51,270 nt of DNA. Origin: a virus (Duplodnaviria > Caudoviricetes). Below are positions 9,774-19,500 of the stretch, in pieces. Position 1 is the stretch's first letter. Every line of letters starts with the position of its first letter. The DNA lies in IMG/VR virus record IMGVR_UViG_3300028586_000751, positions 1-51,270 of that record; one strand, 5' to 3'. The notes below the pieces were generated by a model, which saw only the letters and a program-made list of their open reading frames with translations, had not been told where the DNA came from and did no database searches. The position numbers and the translations under genes were made by a program.

Positions 9774-9965
9774 ATGGACCAACGAACTGATCGCCTCACG
9801 GCAGTGCAAGTCGACCTGGCCGTGAACATTGCCGGAGTGTTTGGGATGGCCGCAGGAGTGCGATCGCTGCACGAGTGCGGCATACCACTATCGGTTATCC
9901 AGCGCGTGCTAATTCAGGGCGGACAGCGGCGCGGTTCTATTTCGGCCCCGCCTGTGTCCTCTTAG
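9774..9965 (+). CDS. small hypothetical protein
   Basis: 63-aa ORF. Confidence 0.5.
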   Translation: MDQRTDRLTAVQVDLAVNIAGVFGMAAGVRSLHECGIPLSVIQRVLIQGGQRRGSISAPPVSS

Positions 9966-10004
9966 CGAAGTAGGCAGCAAGACAGCGTGAAGATGTTGGC
10001 CGGA

Positions 10005-10496
10005 TCAGTCCTTGAACGTAATCTGGCCGTTCACTTTAATCGTACCCGCGCCGGTTGCCATGTCTTCGGCGCCAGTGAAGTTGCCTCCACCAGCAGCCTT
10101 CTTGTACCGGCCGGTGCCACCAGTAATTTGGAATGTAGCATTACTAAACACAAATTTCGCGCCCTCGCCGGTCGGAACAAACTGGCCGCTGTAGTTCAAG
10201 AAGATCTGATCGCTGTCTGTCGTGACTATCGTCATGCGACCCTCTGCGAAGTTGAACAGCGGGCCATTTTGCGTAATACAGTCAGTTCCGATGAAGGCGA
10301 TTCGACCGAGAAGAGCGCTATTTCCTTGCCCGACAATCGTGCCGCCAAAATTCGAAGGGCATCGCGCAGATGGGCCGACGAACTCCTGTAGCACGCCTTC
10401 AATGACCAGCGGCTTTGTAGAAGCTGGCGCCGCGGTCGCCGACACAGAAGCGCAAAGCATCAGCGACAGAGCAGTAGTGCGGACAAGGTTTTTCAT
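10005..10496 (-). CDS. secreted beta-rich hypothetical protein
   Basis: Signal peptide MKNLVRTTALSLMLCASVSATA; ITGGTGRY..A.G motif as in dirigent/allene-oxide-cyclase-like barrels. Confidence 0.65.
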   Translation of the reverse strand: MKNLVRTTALSLMLCASVSATAAPASTKPLVIEGVLQEFVGPSARCPSNFGGTIVGQGNSALLGRIAFIGTDCITQNGPLFNFAEGRMTIVTTDSDQIFLNYSGQFVPTGEGAKFVFSNATFQITGGTGRYKKAAGGGNFTGAEDMATGAGTIKVNGQITFKD

Positions 10497-10924
10497 AATA
10501 GTTGGCTTTCGTAGGGTGGGTAGTGCCCGCATACTAATATGGAAGAGTTAACACCCACGCACGAATGAAATCCCTGACGCTATCTGCCGGCTCGACGATC
10601 CTCTCGCCTACTTCGGCCAGGCCTGAACCGTCTTCGAGTGCCGAGCAGCACATTCCGCATACTGGCGCAGCAAATCGATAGCCCAGGCGCGCCAGGCGTC
10701 GAAGTCGTCAGTTGTCATCCGTGTCGTAACCGGTGAACCGCGCCGGTAGAACGAACGGAAAAACTCTGTTTGGGCTTTTATTCACTTGCAGCAGCGGTGT
10801 GAGCCTACCTACGCTGGTCGATACAAAGATTTGGCGCCGGCGACGCCGCCAAGCTCCATATCGCATGCTTGCCATCCGCCGATGACAACAATACTTTGAC
10901 CTCCGACGGTGTATGAACGACAAC

Positions 10925-11019
10925 TGTCGGTTATCTTGACACCCGTCAGTGATGTCGTGGTTTAGGTGATCGCAAATCATTGATTTAGCGAAACAATTTG
11001 TTTAGGCATTAAATTTGCT
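10925..11019 (+). promoter_or_regulatory. enhancer (TGT-N11-ACA) + IHF site + sigma54 promoter
   Basis: TGTcggttatcttgACA 10925-10941; AATCAAtgatTTG on minus strand 10973-10985; GG-N10-GC (AGGCATTAAATTTGCT) 11004-11019. Confidence 0.7.
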
Positions 11020-11058
11020 TAAGCTAACAGAACAATTCTAATTACTGAAAGAGCTTGC

Positions 11059-11643
11059 ATGAAAACCTTCCACGCTTTGATGATCGGCATCACCTTGACC
11101 GTTGGCTCTAGCGTATTGTCGAACAATGCCCATGCCGGCTATTTTGGCGCAAGCGCAACCCTCACGTTCGATAGCAAAGGCGCGCTAGGTCCAGTCACTT
11201 TTGCCAGCCCGGCAACGGTCGGGTCTGGAGTTGAATTCACTGGCGGAGCGAGAGATGTCTTCGGCGCCTCCTGGACATTTATGTTCGATGTGCTCGATAC
11301 CGGCGTCTTTATAAAAATGGCCGCCGAAGACCGCAGAAACATCTTTAGCGGTCTAGACGGTTTCATTTTCGATCTGAGCTTTTCCGATGCTATGGTCAAT
11401 GACCTTGTGCTCACCAACTACAGCCATACGGCTGGATTTCGTTCCGGACTCAGCAGTGTGACAGCGACCAGCCCGAACAGTATCCGTTTCGGCTTCAATG
11501 GCCTGTACGACACAGCAGAGTACACGTTTACCAATACTGCCGAAGTGCCGGAGCCGGCGTCGGTCGCGTTGCTGGGAATGGGGTTGGCCGGCCTGGTCGC
11601 ACTGCGCCGCACGCGCCGGCACAATGCAGTCAAACCGACCTGA
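11059..11643 (+). CDS. PEP-CTERM sorting domain protein
   Basis: Signal peptide ending AHA; C-terminal VPEPASVALLGMGLAGLVALRRTRR. Confidence 0.92.
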   Translation: MKTFHALMIGITLTVGSSVLSNNAHAGYFGASATLTFDSKGALGPVTFASPATVGSGVEFTGGARDVFGASWTFMFDVLDTGVFIKMAAEDRRNIFSGLDGFIFDLSFSDAMVNDLVLTNYSHTAGFRSGLSSVTATSPNSIRFGFNGLYDTAEYTFTNTAEVPEPASVALLGMGLAGLVALRRTRRHNAVKPT

Positions 11644-11708
11644 ATATTGCAGCAGGACCCATTCCGGCAGATGGACTGTTTGTCTACCCCATCTGGGCCT
11701 TAACAAGG

Positions 11709-12212
11709 CTAGCGTGCATTCACCGCCCTGCAGGCTTCAAAGCTCTCGATGACGCGGTCGTACTGCCGCACGATTCGCGCAATGTCTGCTCCGTCGGCGA
11801 GAATTTCAGCAGCAACCTCCGGCACAATTGCCGGTCCTGCTCCGTCAGCACCAGGTGCGGCGGCAGTGGGTCGATCGCCGGGCGCGGCGCTGGCTGGTAC
11901 TGGCCCTGTCGGGCAGCGCAGCCGGTCATCGCCAACGCGCACACGGCGCTGAGCAGCAGCGAGGTCTTGGGCATGTTCCTGTTCCTTTCTATGTGCGGCC
12001 GATTCGCGCGCCTGCAGCTGCGCGCGCAAGTCGGCCTCGGTGATGCGGGTGATCTCAGCGACGGCGTCGCGCGCGGTTTTTCCCTCGGCGACGGCAGCCG
12101 CATAGCCTGCGTTGTAGCGAGTGCTGCCGTAGTGCATCACGCCGAGCCAGCCGACCACCACCAGCCCGGCCAGCACGATCATGGCGACCAGGGTGCGTTC
12201 GATGGTCGTCAT
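11709..12212 (-). CDS. Rz-like inner-membrane spanin
   Basis: MTTIERTLV...N-terminal TM then coiled coil; ATGA overlap with endolysin. Confidence 0.8.
   Translation of the reverse strand: MTTIERTLVAMIVLAGLVVVGWLGVMHYGSTRYNAGYAAAVAEGKTARDAVAEITRITEADLRAQLQARESAAHRKEQEHAQDLAAAQRRVRVGDDRLRCPTGPVPASAAPGDRPTAAAPGADGAGPAIVPEVAAEILADGADIARIVRQYDRVIESFEACRAVNAR
11720..11974 (-). CDS. Rz1-like outer-membrane lipoprotein spanin embedded in Rz
   Basis: MPKTSLLLSAVCALAMTGC lipobox, Pro-rich, alternate frame wholly inside Rz. Confidence 0.75.
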   Translation of the reverse strand: MPKTSLLLSAVCALAMTGCAARQGQYQPAPRPAIDPLPPHLVLTEQDRQLCRRLLLKFSPTEQTLRESCGSTTASSRALKPAGR

Positions 12213-12874
12213 GGGATCGCCTTCATGGCCTGGCCGGTCAGCGCCCGGCGCTCGATGTAGCCGATGGCATCGCCTACTCGCTCGGTCTTGCGGCCGATGT
12301 TGATGCAGTCGGACACGCCGTCGACGTCGTCGAGGTCGGCGAAGCGGTTCAGGTTGTTGACGTGCCAGAACCAGCCGGCGCCCAGGGCGGCGCCCATGTC
12401 CGTCGACAGCCAGGCGCCGATGGTGTCGCGCGACAGGCCGAAATAGTCCGCCACGGCGTTGTGGTTCGTGGTGCCGGTGATCTGCATCCAGCCAGCGCCG
12501 CGCGTACGCCAACCATCGCCGCTCTCCGGGCCCCGGTTGCCCATGCGGTTCGCGTAGGCGATGTTGGCGATTGTCTGCTGGTCGGCCGCGTGCGCAGCCG
12601 TGCGGCCGAAGCGCTCGGCCTGCTCAGGCGTGAAGCGCGTCACCTTCTTCGTATTGAACCTGGACAAGATTGCAGCCGGCACGTAGTTCAGGTTCTCGCG
12701 CTTGCGCACAAATCCCCCGCTCTCGTGCGCCACCTGGGCAAGGAAGTGGGCCAGGCGCCGGCGGGTGTTGATCCCGAAGCGCTCGATGGCCGGCTGCAGC
12801 GCGTTGGCGACGACGGCCGCGTTCGCGCCGCACTGCGGCGCCACACGGCGGATCATGTCAGCAGTGACGATCAT
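12209..12874 (-). CDS. GH19 (chitinase-like) endolysin
   Basis: AHFLAQVAHESGG, ENLNY, YANRMGN, GDGWRTRGAGWMQITG. Confidence 0.9.
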   Translation of the reverse strand: MIVTADMIRRVAPQCGANAAVVANALQPAIERFGINTRRRLAHFLAQVAHESGGFVRKRENLNYVPAAILSRFNTKKVTRFTPEQAERFGRTAAHAADQQTIANIAYANRMGNRGPESGDGWRTRGAGWMQITGTTNHNAVADYFGLSRDTIGAWLSTDMGAALGAGWFWHVNNLNRFADLDDVDGVSDCINIGRKTERVGDAIGYIERRALTGQAMKAIP

Positions 12875-13266
12875 GGCTGCCCCCGCACGTCGCGCATCAC
12901 GTCGGCCAGCGTTGCGTTTCGCTTCGCGTCGATGTAGTTGAACAGCCAGCGCACGATGGCCCAGCCCGGCAGCCCGCAGGCGAACACTAGGCCCAGCATC
13001 GCGACCAGGCCGATTGGTTTGTGCGCCCAGGCGTCCAGGCCGTAGTGCTGGATGACGGCCGCGCCGCCGCCGATCGACGACACGACGGTCGAGATCAGGC
13101 CCACGGCCCACTCGCGCGGGCTGCGCGGCGTCATCATGCACATCACGACCACTGCCGCCAGGCCAGCGCCGATCGCGCCCATGCCGGCCATGCCGCCCAG
13201 CAGCTTCCAGCCGAAGGCGCCGGCGGCGGCGCCGGAAATTGGTTCACTCATTTGGGATACTTTCAT
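12871..13266 (-). CDS. holin
   Basis: Several TM segments; ATGA-coupled to endolysin; start may be 13251. Confidence 0.75.
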   Translation of the reverse strand: MKVSQMSEPISGAAAGAFGWKLLGGMAGMGAIGAGLAAVVVMCMMTPRSPREWAVGLISTVVSSIGGGAAVIQHYGLDAWAHKPIGLVAMLGLVFACGLPGWAIVRWLFNYIDAKRNATLADVMRDVRGQP

Positions 13267-13281
13267 GGCGTGAGTGCATCA

Positions 13282-13312
13282 GAAAAAACAAAACCCGCCG
13301 GAGCGGGTTGTT
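13282..13312 (-). terminator. intrinsic terminator
   Basis: AACCCGC/GCGGGTT stem followed by T-rich tail on minus strand. Confidence 0.55.
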
Positions 13313-13345
13313 GGGATAGCGAAGAAAGCTTTCGCCCGTTGTCGG

Positions 13346-14029
13346 TCACCACCGGATCGCCTCAACCGCCTCCGGGGTCTCAGCGGCTTCGAGCTGCTCC
13401 TTGAGATGCTGCGAATGGTTGAAGTTCTCCGTTCCCTGTGCGGTCATGCTGGCGAACAGGTCGCGAAATGCGTCGATGTCCGGCAGCGGGAAGATCGAGT
13501 TATCGACCGTCTTCCAGCCGCCTGGGAAACCGTCCGGGTATGTACCGAACAGCGCAATGTGGTTAGCCACGGCGTCAATGTCAGAGCGCGACAGCGTGTC
13601 ACAGGAGAAGTGCTTGCCGGCGAACGGGAAGGTCGACAGGTTGGCGCGTGCGCGCCAGGCATTGATCTCCTCGTTCTTTGCTGCCTTCAGCTCGCCCAGC
13701 GTAGGCGGCGGCTGCAGTGGTGATCCATTAACTACCTGGCCGATCGCTACAATGGGCATTGGTGTTGGTATCGACGGATCCAGTACTGCGTGCTTGAGGT
13801 CGAACCAATCGACCGGACAGTATTGCATGATGAAAGCGGCCAACTCAACGCCTTCGGGCGCCGGAATCGGCACAGTGATTGCATAATCTGTGCGGTAAGC
13901 GACCGGCGTGCGGCCATCTGCAGCATACTCGGCCACGAGCTCTGATTCCGGCAATAGGTCGCTGAAGAAGCGGACGATGAGCTGCCGCTCCTTATGGTTG
14001 ACGTCGACGATACGAAATTTGATTGTCAT
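13346..14029 (-). CDS. tail fibre-associated protein (DUF4376-like)
   Basis: LGELKAAKNEEINAWR...WKTVDN...LKEQLEAAET.EAV..I.W; position after fibre genes. Confidence 0.75.
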   Translation of the reverse strand: MTIKFRIVDVNHKERQLIVRFFSDLLPESELVAEYAADGRTPVAYRTDYAITVPIPAPEGVELAAFIMQYCPVDWFDLKHAVLDPSIPTPMPIVAIGQVVNGSPLQPPPTLGELKAAKNEEINAWRARANLSTFPFAGKHFSCDTLSRSDIDAVANHIALFGTYPDGFPGGWKTVDNSIFPLPDIDAFRDLFASMTAQGTENFNHSQHLKEQLEAAETPEAVEAIRW

Positions 14030-14919
14030 ACTTGTGACCCTGTAATAGTTCCAACTTTGGCGAATTGGACCAGGCTAGCTCCTTGAATGGCCGCCCCGCG
14101 TGGCCCTGTAGCGCCATCGCTACCGTAATCGGACGCGCCGCCGGATCCCCGTACGCCGCCCGCCCCGCCGGCATATCCGGTGTAGGTGTAGGTGCCGCCC
14201 GAACTGCTTGCCGCCGATTGACCCCGGCCGCCGTTGATCTGTAGCCCCCCACCGTCTCCGCCGAATGTTCCGGCCCCGCCGCTCCCTGATCCAGCGCCTG
14301 CGGCTACACCGTCGCCGGCCCCGCGCCCACCGTTGCCACCAGTGCCCAGCACCTCGTTGCCATTTGAGTTATTGACGGCGCGATTGCCGCCACCACCGCC
14401 GCCGCCGCCGCCACCGCCGCTACCGCCGTTACCTGTGCCTCCGATACCGCCGGGGCCGCCGGGGCCGCCAGTAATGCTGCCGTCATTCGTGACCGTTACG
14501 GGGCTCGACGCCTTGAGCGCAGCACCACCGGCGCCGCCGGCCTGGCCGCTCGATGCACTACCGTCGCTACCCGAACCACCCGCACCGCCGGCCGTTCCGC
14601 TTGCACCCGATCGGCCGTTCCCGCCCGATCCGCTGGCGCCGGCCCGGCCACGCGAACCGCTGCCGTGCGTGCCGGTCGGGCCCTGGCGGCCGGTGATGCT
14701 GCCGCGGTTGATCAGCATCAGTACCGACCCCGCGCTCCACCCCGCGCCGGTATCGAACGCCGGCGTTGAGGTGCTGCTCGACGTGATAGCCCCTTCTGCA
14801 AGACAGATGACGACTGCCGGGCCGACGATATTGCCGGCTGCAGTGCGCATGTTGTAGTTCGCAACCGTGCCGGGCTTGAGGATCACGGTCCGCGCCAGCA
14901 CGGGCGCCATCATCGTCAT
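14026..14919 (-). CDS. glycine-rich tail fibre/receptor-binding protein
   Basis: Extensive GxG/poly-Gly tracts; tail module position. Confidence 0.65.
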   Translation of the reverse strand: MTMMAPVLARTVILKPGTVANYNMRTAAGNIVGPAVVICLAEGAITSSSTSTPAFDTGAGWSAGSVLMLINRGSITGRQGPTGTHGSGSRGRAGASGSGGNGRSGASGTAGGAGGSGSDGSASSGQAGGAGGAALKASSPVTVTNDGSITGGPGGPGGIGGTGNGGSGGGGGGGGGGGNRAVNNSNGNEVLGTGGNGGRGAGDGVAAGAGSGSGGAGTFGGDGGGLQINGGRGQSAASSSGGTYTYTGYAGGAGGVRGSGGASDYGSDGATGPRGAAIQGASLVQFAKVGTITGSQV

Positions 14920-15614
14920 TTCGTGAACCCCGGCAGGTAAGATCCGTACAGGTTCGCCCCGTCACAGATAAACGAGAACACGGTACGTCGGTTGGCGGCC
15001 TTGGCAATCTCAGGCGGCACGTCCTCAATGAAGACAAAGGCCGCATTGAAAGTGAGATTGAAGTTGCCGGTGGCGTTCTGCTTGACGTGCAAGACATATA
15101 CGCCGGCCTGCATGTTGGTCGGCGCGGCCAGGATGCGATTGCCCCCCAGGACGATGGTCGCGATCTGCACCGCACCGGCGTCCCATTGAATGGCGGTAGC
15201 GTTGTCGGCGAGCGTGGCCGCCACAGGTCCAACGTTACTGATGTTCTTCCAGTTGGTCGGATCATTGGCTGGGTCGATCGTGGTCGCGCTGGTGGCGGTT
15301 CGTTTCCGATAGGTGAGCTGATTCGACGGACTGACGCGTGCGGTATTGAGCGCATACGTACCGGCCGTCCAGGTCACGGCTCCGGCGGTCAAGGCGGCCT
15401 GCTCAGCAGCAGACGCTGAGTTCGCGGCTGCGAGTGCCTTGTCGTTGATGTCTATGGCCAATTCATTTGCCTGATCACCGAACAGATCAATTGACTCCTG
15501 AAGCGGCGGCAGCTTACGCATCAAATCGTCTGCTAGATCGTCGAAAGTCTCCGGACTATCCGGGTCGGGGGCGCTGCCAAGCTGCGGCAATTTAACGGTA
15601 ATTTGTGCGACCAT
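14916..15614 (-). CDS. tail fibre protein
   Basis: MVAQITVK...; TGATG-coupled to upstream gene. Confidence 0.6.
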   Translation of the reverse strand: MVAQITVKLPQLGSAPDPDSPETFDDLADDLMRKLPPLQESIDLFGDQANELAIDINDKALAAANSASAAEQAALTAGAVTWTAGTYALNTARVSPSNQLTYRKRTATSATTIDPANDPTNWKNISNVGPVAATLADNATAIQWDAGAVQIATIVLGGNRILAAPTNMQAGVYVLHVKQNATGNFNLTFNAAFVFIEDVPPEIAKAANRRTVFSFICDGANLYGSYLPGFTK

Positions 15615-16531
15615 CAGGTCAACTCCTGAATCTGAAGGTTGAGGAACGAGCCTTCTGGGCCCCTTATGACGATCTGGAAATCTTGAACAAAGCCGAATAG
15701 GTTCAGCAAGCCGAATAGCGGCGTTCCAAGCCATGCGCGAGGAGCAGACTTTGCCAAGGTCAGCAAGCGCAGCACCTCATCGACACTTTCATTCGCGATG
15801 AACAGATCGAACTCGACGACACGGACCGCGCGCCGAGGGGTGAACCTTGTATTTCCCCAAACATCCGTCTCGACTTTTGAATAATCGACAGTCCGCACGC
15901 TCGGCTCCCACTGGACTTGGCCCAGATAATCGAATCGCCCGAGCTGTACTTCACCGACCTCTGGCTGCCTACCCTGCCAGGTGACGATGATTTCGATGAC
16001 GGCATTCCGATACATCGGCAGATCCGTGAACGAAACATCCCGACGGAACGATCGAGGCTTCGTGAACCACTCGCTCCAGCTCCTGCAGTTTCGCAGGCGA
16101 AGATTCTGTGTCTTGTCGTACTTCACGAGTCCACCGACCGTCACGCGAACCCGGACACTGGCAGCACGCACACCAAAGAGCACAACCGAATCGACACGCG
16201 CCACTGGCAACAAAGTCCAGGAAAGGACTTCGCCATCCCCTACGCTGGCTGTGCTCATTACGGAATCGAAGGCTGCATAAAGGTTGGTGGGCCGGACCAA
16301 TATCCACTTCGCCGACGTTCCTGCCAGGTTGTTCTCTGGGTAGTCCATCGTGACGTCAGCAGCGGTGTGGGGGGTAACACATTCGTAGACCCTATGATCA
16401 GGCCGGCGCACGCGTTGGCCTTTCGTTTTCGCCCCAGGGCTCCAGAGAGGTGCGTCGCCGCTGTCACTTTCGGACAGCGACGACGCCACCAATACGGAGT
16501 CGGTGATCGCGATTGGAGCGATCAGTTTCAT
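15614..16531 (-). CDS. tail tip/distal tail structural protein
   Basis: Follows the TMP with ATGA overlap; DYS....D.WG motif. Confidence 0.6.
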   Translation of the reverse strand: MKLIAPIAITDSVLVASSLSESDSGDAPLWSPGAKTKGQRVRRPDHRVYECVTPHTAADVTMDYPENNLAGTSAKWILVRPTNLYAAFDSVMSTASVGDGEVLSWTLLPVARVDSVVLFGVRAASVRVRVTVGGLVKYDKTQNLRLRNCRSWSEWFTKPRSFRRDVSFTDLPMYRNAVIEIIVTWQGRQPEVGEVQLGRFDYLGQVQWEPSVRTVDYSKVETDVWGNTRFTPRRAVRVVEFDLFIANESVDEVLRLLTLAKSAPRAWLGTPLFGLLNLFGFVQDFQIVIRGPEGSFLNLQIQELT

Positions 16532-19500
16532 GCATTCTCCTCATCTCGAATTTCGACGCCAACGCGGTCGATGTGCTCGAGGCTGTTGGCGCTTCGGCCG
16601 GTGTTCTTGGCCGTCTGGTACATGGCCTGGAACATCTCTGCTCGCATGCTCTCGACCTCCCGAGTCAGCCGCGCTACCGCTGCGACCAGAACTTGGTTGT
16701 TCTCGGACGGGCTGGTCAGGCGGCGCATCAGCTCGCGGTTGTCAGCCGCAGGAATGATGCGTTCGCCCTCATGAGCCAGGATCGGCATGGTCGATGGTAG
16801 GTAGTTCGTACCAACCGCAAAGCCGCGCAGCTTCTTTTTGGCCTCCTCCGTCGTCAGCATTGCCTCTCGGATGGTGTCGAGCGACATGCCGCTGTTGGCC
16901 TTGTCGAGCCAGAACTTCAGCCCGCCCGCGTCGGCAGTACGCCCTAGCACGTCCTTGTAAAGCTTCTGGATCTGCGCCTCAGGAGAGCCTTTGATAGCGC
17001 CTACAATCGTGTCGACAGAAATTCCAGACGCTGCCTTGTCCTTCCAGAAGTCCAGCCCGGCCTGGTCCGGAGCCCGGCCCAGCGCGCTCTTATAGGCGTC
17101 GCTGATTGCCGAGCCGGCCGAATTCACCGGGTTGGAGCCGGCGGCCAGCACTGCGCTGTGAAGCGCGGCCAACGCCTGCTCGATCGACAGGCCCGTGACC
17201 GAAATCCCTTTCAGGACGTCGATCTGCTCCTGCTCGCGCTCGAGCATCAGGTCATACTGCTTGACCTGGTCTTCGAGCTTCTTCAGGCTGCGCTCCTCGG
17301 TCGACAGTGTTTTGTCGGTCAGGCCGGCGAGATCCTCGATACCGTTTCGGGTAGCGTAGAAATCGCGCAGGTAGTCCTGCTGGGTCGCGAACTGGGTCGA
17401 GGCGTCCTTGCTGACCACCGACAGGGCGTTCTTCAGGTCGTCTGCGCTGGGCAGCTTGCCGCTCGCTTTCGCGATGGCCAGGGCCGCCTGAATCTGCGCC
17501 TGGGCGGCCTGACGGTCTTCGACCTCGCGGCCCTGCACCGTCATGCCGTCCAGCGTGCTGCGCAGCGACTGCGACAGGGCCTCGATCGTCTGGATTGATT
17601 TCGTCCGGACGTTGATTTCCTCCTGCAGCGCCTTTTTCTGCCGCTCGACCACCTTCTGCAGCACCGAGAACGCACCATCCACGCCACCCATCAGCGCGGC
17701 CGCATCCGTTTTCACCTGTTCGGTCGCCTTGGCGGCGGCCTGCAAGCCCCACAGTTGCAGCGTGGCGCCGCGCAGCGCCGGATCCAACGCCGCCAGGGCG
17801 ATGGCCTGCTGCTGCGCCAGCACTGCGGCCGCGCCGGCCTTGTTGCCGTTCAGCTCGTAAATCTGAGCCTGGAGCGACAGCAGCGAGTTCGCCGTTTCCA
17901 GCGCTGTCGCTTCGTCCTGCAGGGCGTAGACCCGCTCTTGCAGTGGGCGCAGCGAAGCGTCCAGACCGGCCAGCTCAGCCGCCCGGCTTGCGGCCAGCGC
18001 GCCGGACTTGTTGCCCAGCAGCTCCATCACCTCGATTTCCAGATCGCGCCGCGCTTCCAACCGCGCCGCATCGACGTCCGCAATCTGCTTGAACGCCGGC
18101 GCGATCTGCATGAGCGTGGCGTACGCGCGCGCGCCGGCCTCGGTCGTCAAGTCCAGGCCGGTGACCACGCTGCGGAACTGCTGCAGCGAGTCGTCGGCAC
18201 CAGTCTTGATGCCGAACTGGTCGAGCGTCGGGTTGATCCGTGCACGCAGCGAGTTGGCCCGCTCCTGGTCGGTGTAGAAGTCGCTCAGGAACTGGTCAGC
18301 GCTCGAGGTGAATTCGTCCAGGCCACCGACCAGGTCGATCAGCCGCTCGCGCGCGCCGACCGATGCCAGCCCCATGGCGCCGAACGTCATCCCCATCGAA
18401 TCCGTAACCACCGTCACAGCCTGGTAGTTGGTGGCCACCCGGGTGAGCGTCTCGAGGTAGCCCTCGCCCACCTTCTGGAACTGCTCCAGGCCGCCCACAC
18501 CAAACTTGGCTAGGTCGTCGCCGACCTTCGAGAACACGGCCGACAGCTCCTTCTGGATCTCGTCGGCCGTCTTCCCTTTCAGACTGATCTTGCCGATGTC
18601 GACCACATAGCCGTTCAGTTCGTCCGCGAACGCATCCGCGCCCAGGCCGATCATCGTGCCCGCTTCGAACACGGTGTCGTACAACGACAGCAGAACGTTA
18701 GCGATCTGGCGGTTGCCCTCCAGGCCTAGGCCCTCGAGCGCGGTGTTGTTCTTGTCCTTGCCGAGCCAGCCGCCCGACGTTTTGATGTCGGCATACTGCA
18801 TTGAACTGAGAGCGCCGTTCTGGATGCCCTGGAAGGAAATTGGGTCGATGGCGAAACCGGTATCTTCGACGGTTTTCTTGCCACCGAAGACACTGGTCAT
18901 GACTTTGCCAATCTGCTTTCCAAGCACGGCGCCCAATACCGCGCCGATAGCCATGCCGACCGGGCCGCCCAGCATGAGCCCGATCTGGCTGGCCCCCATA
19001 CCAACATACGCGCCGCCCATCGCGCCCAGCACCGCTCCGCCGGCCGCGCCGCCGATCCCGATCGCTTTCGAGTCGAACACGTTCTTGCCCATGTCCTTGC
19101 CGAAGTCGCCGGTCACGCCGGTGGTGCGCACCAGCAGCGAGGCGAACTGCCCAATGCCTGCCTCGATGTTGCGCAGCGAGGTCAGCATGCCGTTGCTGAT
19201 GCCCAGGCCCTGGAGCGTGGCACCCTCGACGGCATCGAGCGAACGCGCGATCGATTCCGACTTGGCGTCCGAGCCCAGCACCGTGCCGGTGCCCTGCCTC
19301 TCCTGCCGCTGCTGCGTCAGGCTGACCGATCCACCGCCGCCGCCGAAAGCGCCGCCCAGAACCGCGGCAACAGCCACGGCCGCCGCTGCCATGCCCCACG
19401 GGCCCAGTGCGCTCATGAACGCCATGAACACACCAGGAACCTTGGCGGTGTTGCGCGCGGCCTCGCCGGCCACAACAGCGGCGGTTTCCACGCCCTGGCC

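Noticed and set aside
14234-14857. Extremely Pro-rich ORF
   Set aside because: Reverse complement of the poly-Gly fibre gene
13346-15614. Invertible tail-fibre cassette driven by the recombinases
   Set aside because: No inverted repeats or reversed fibre fragments seen
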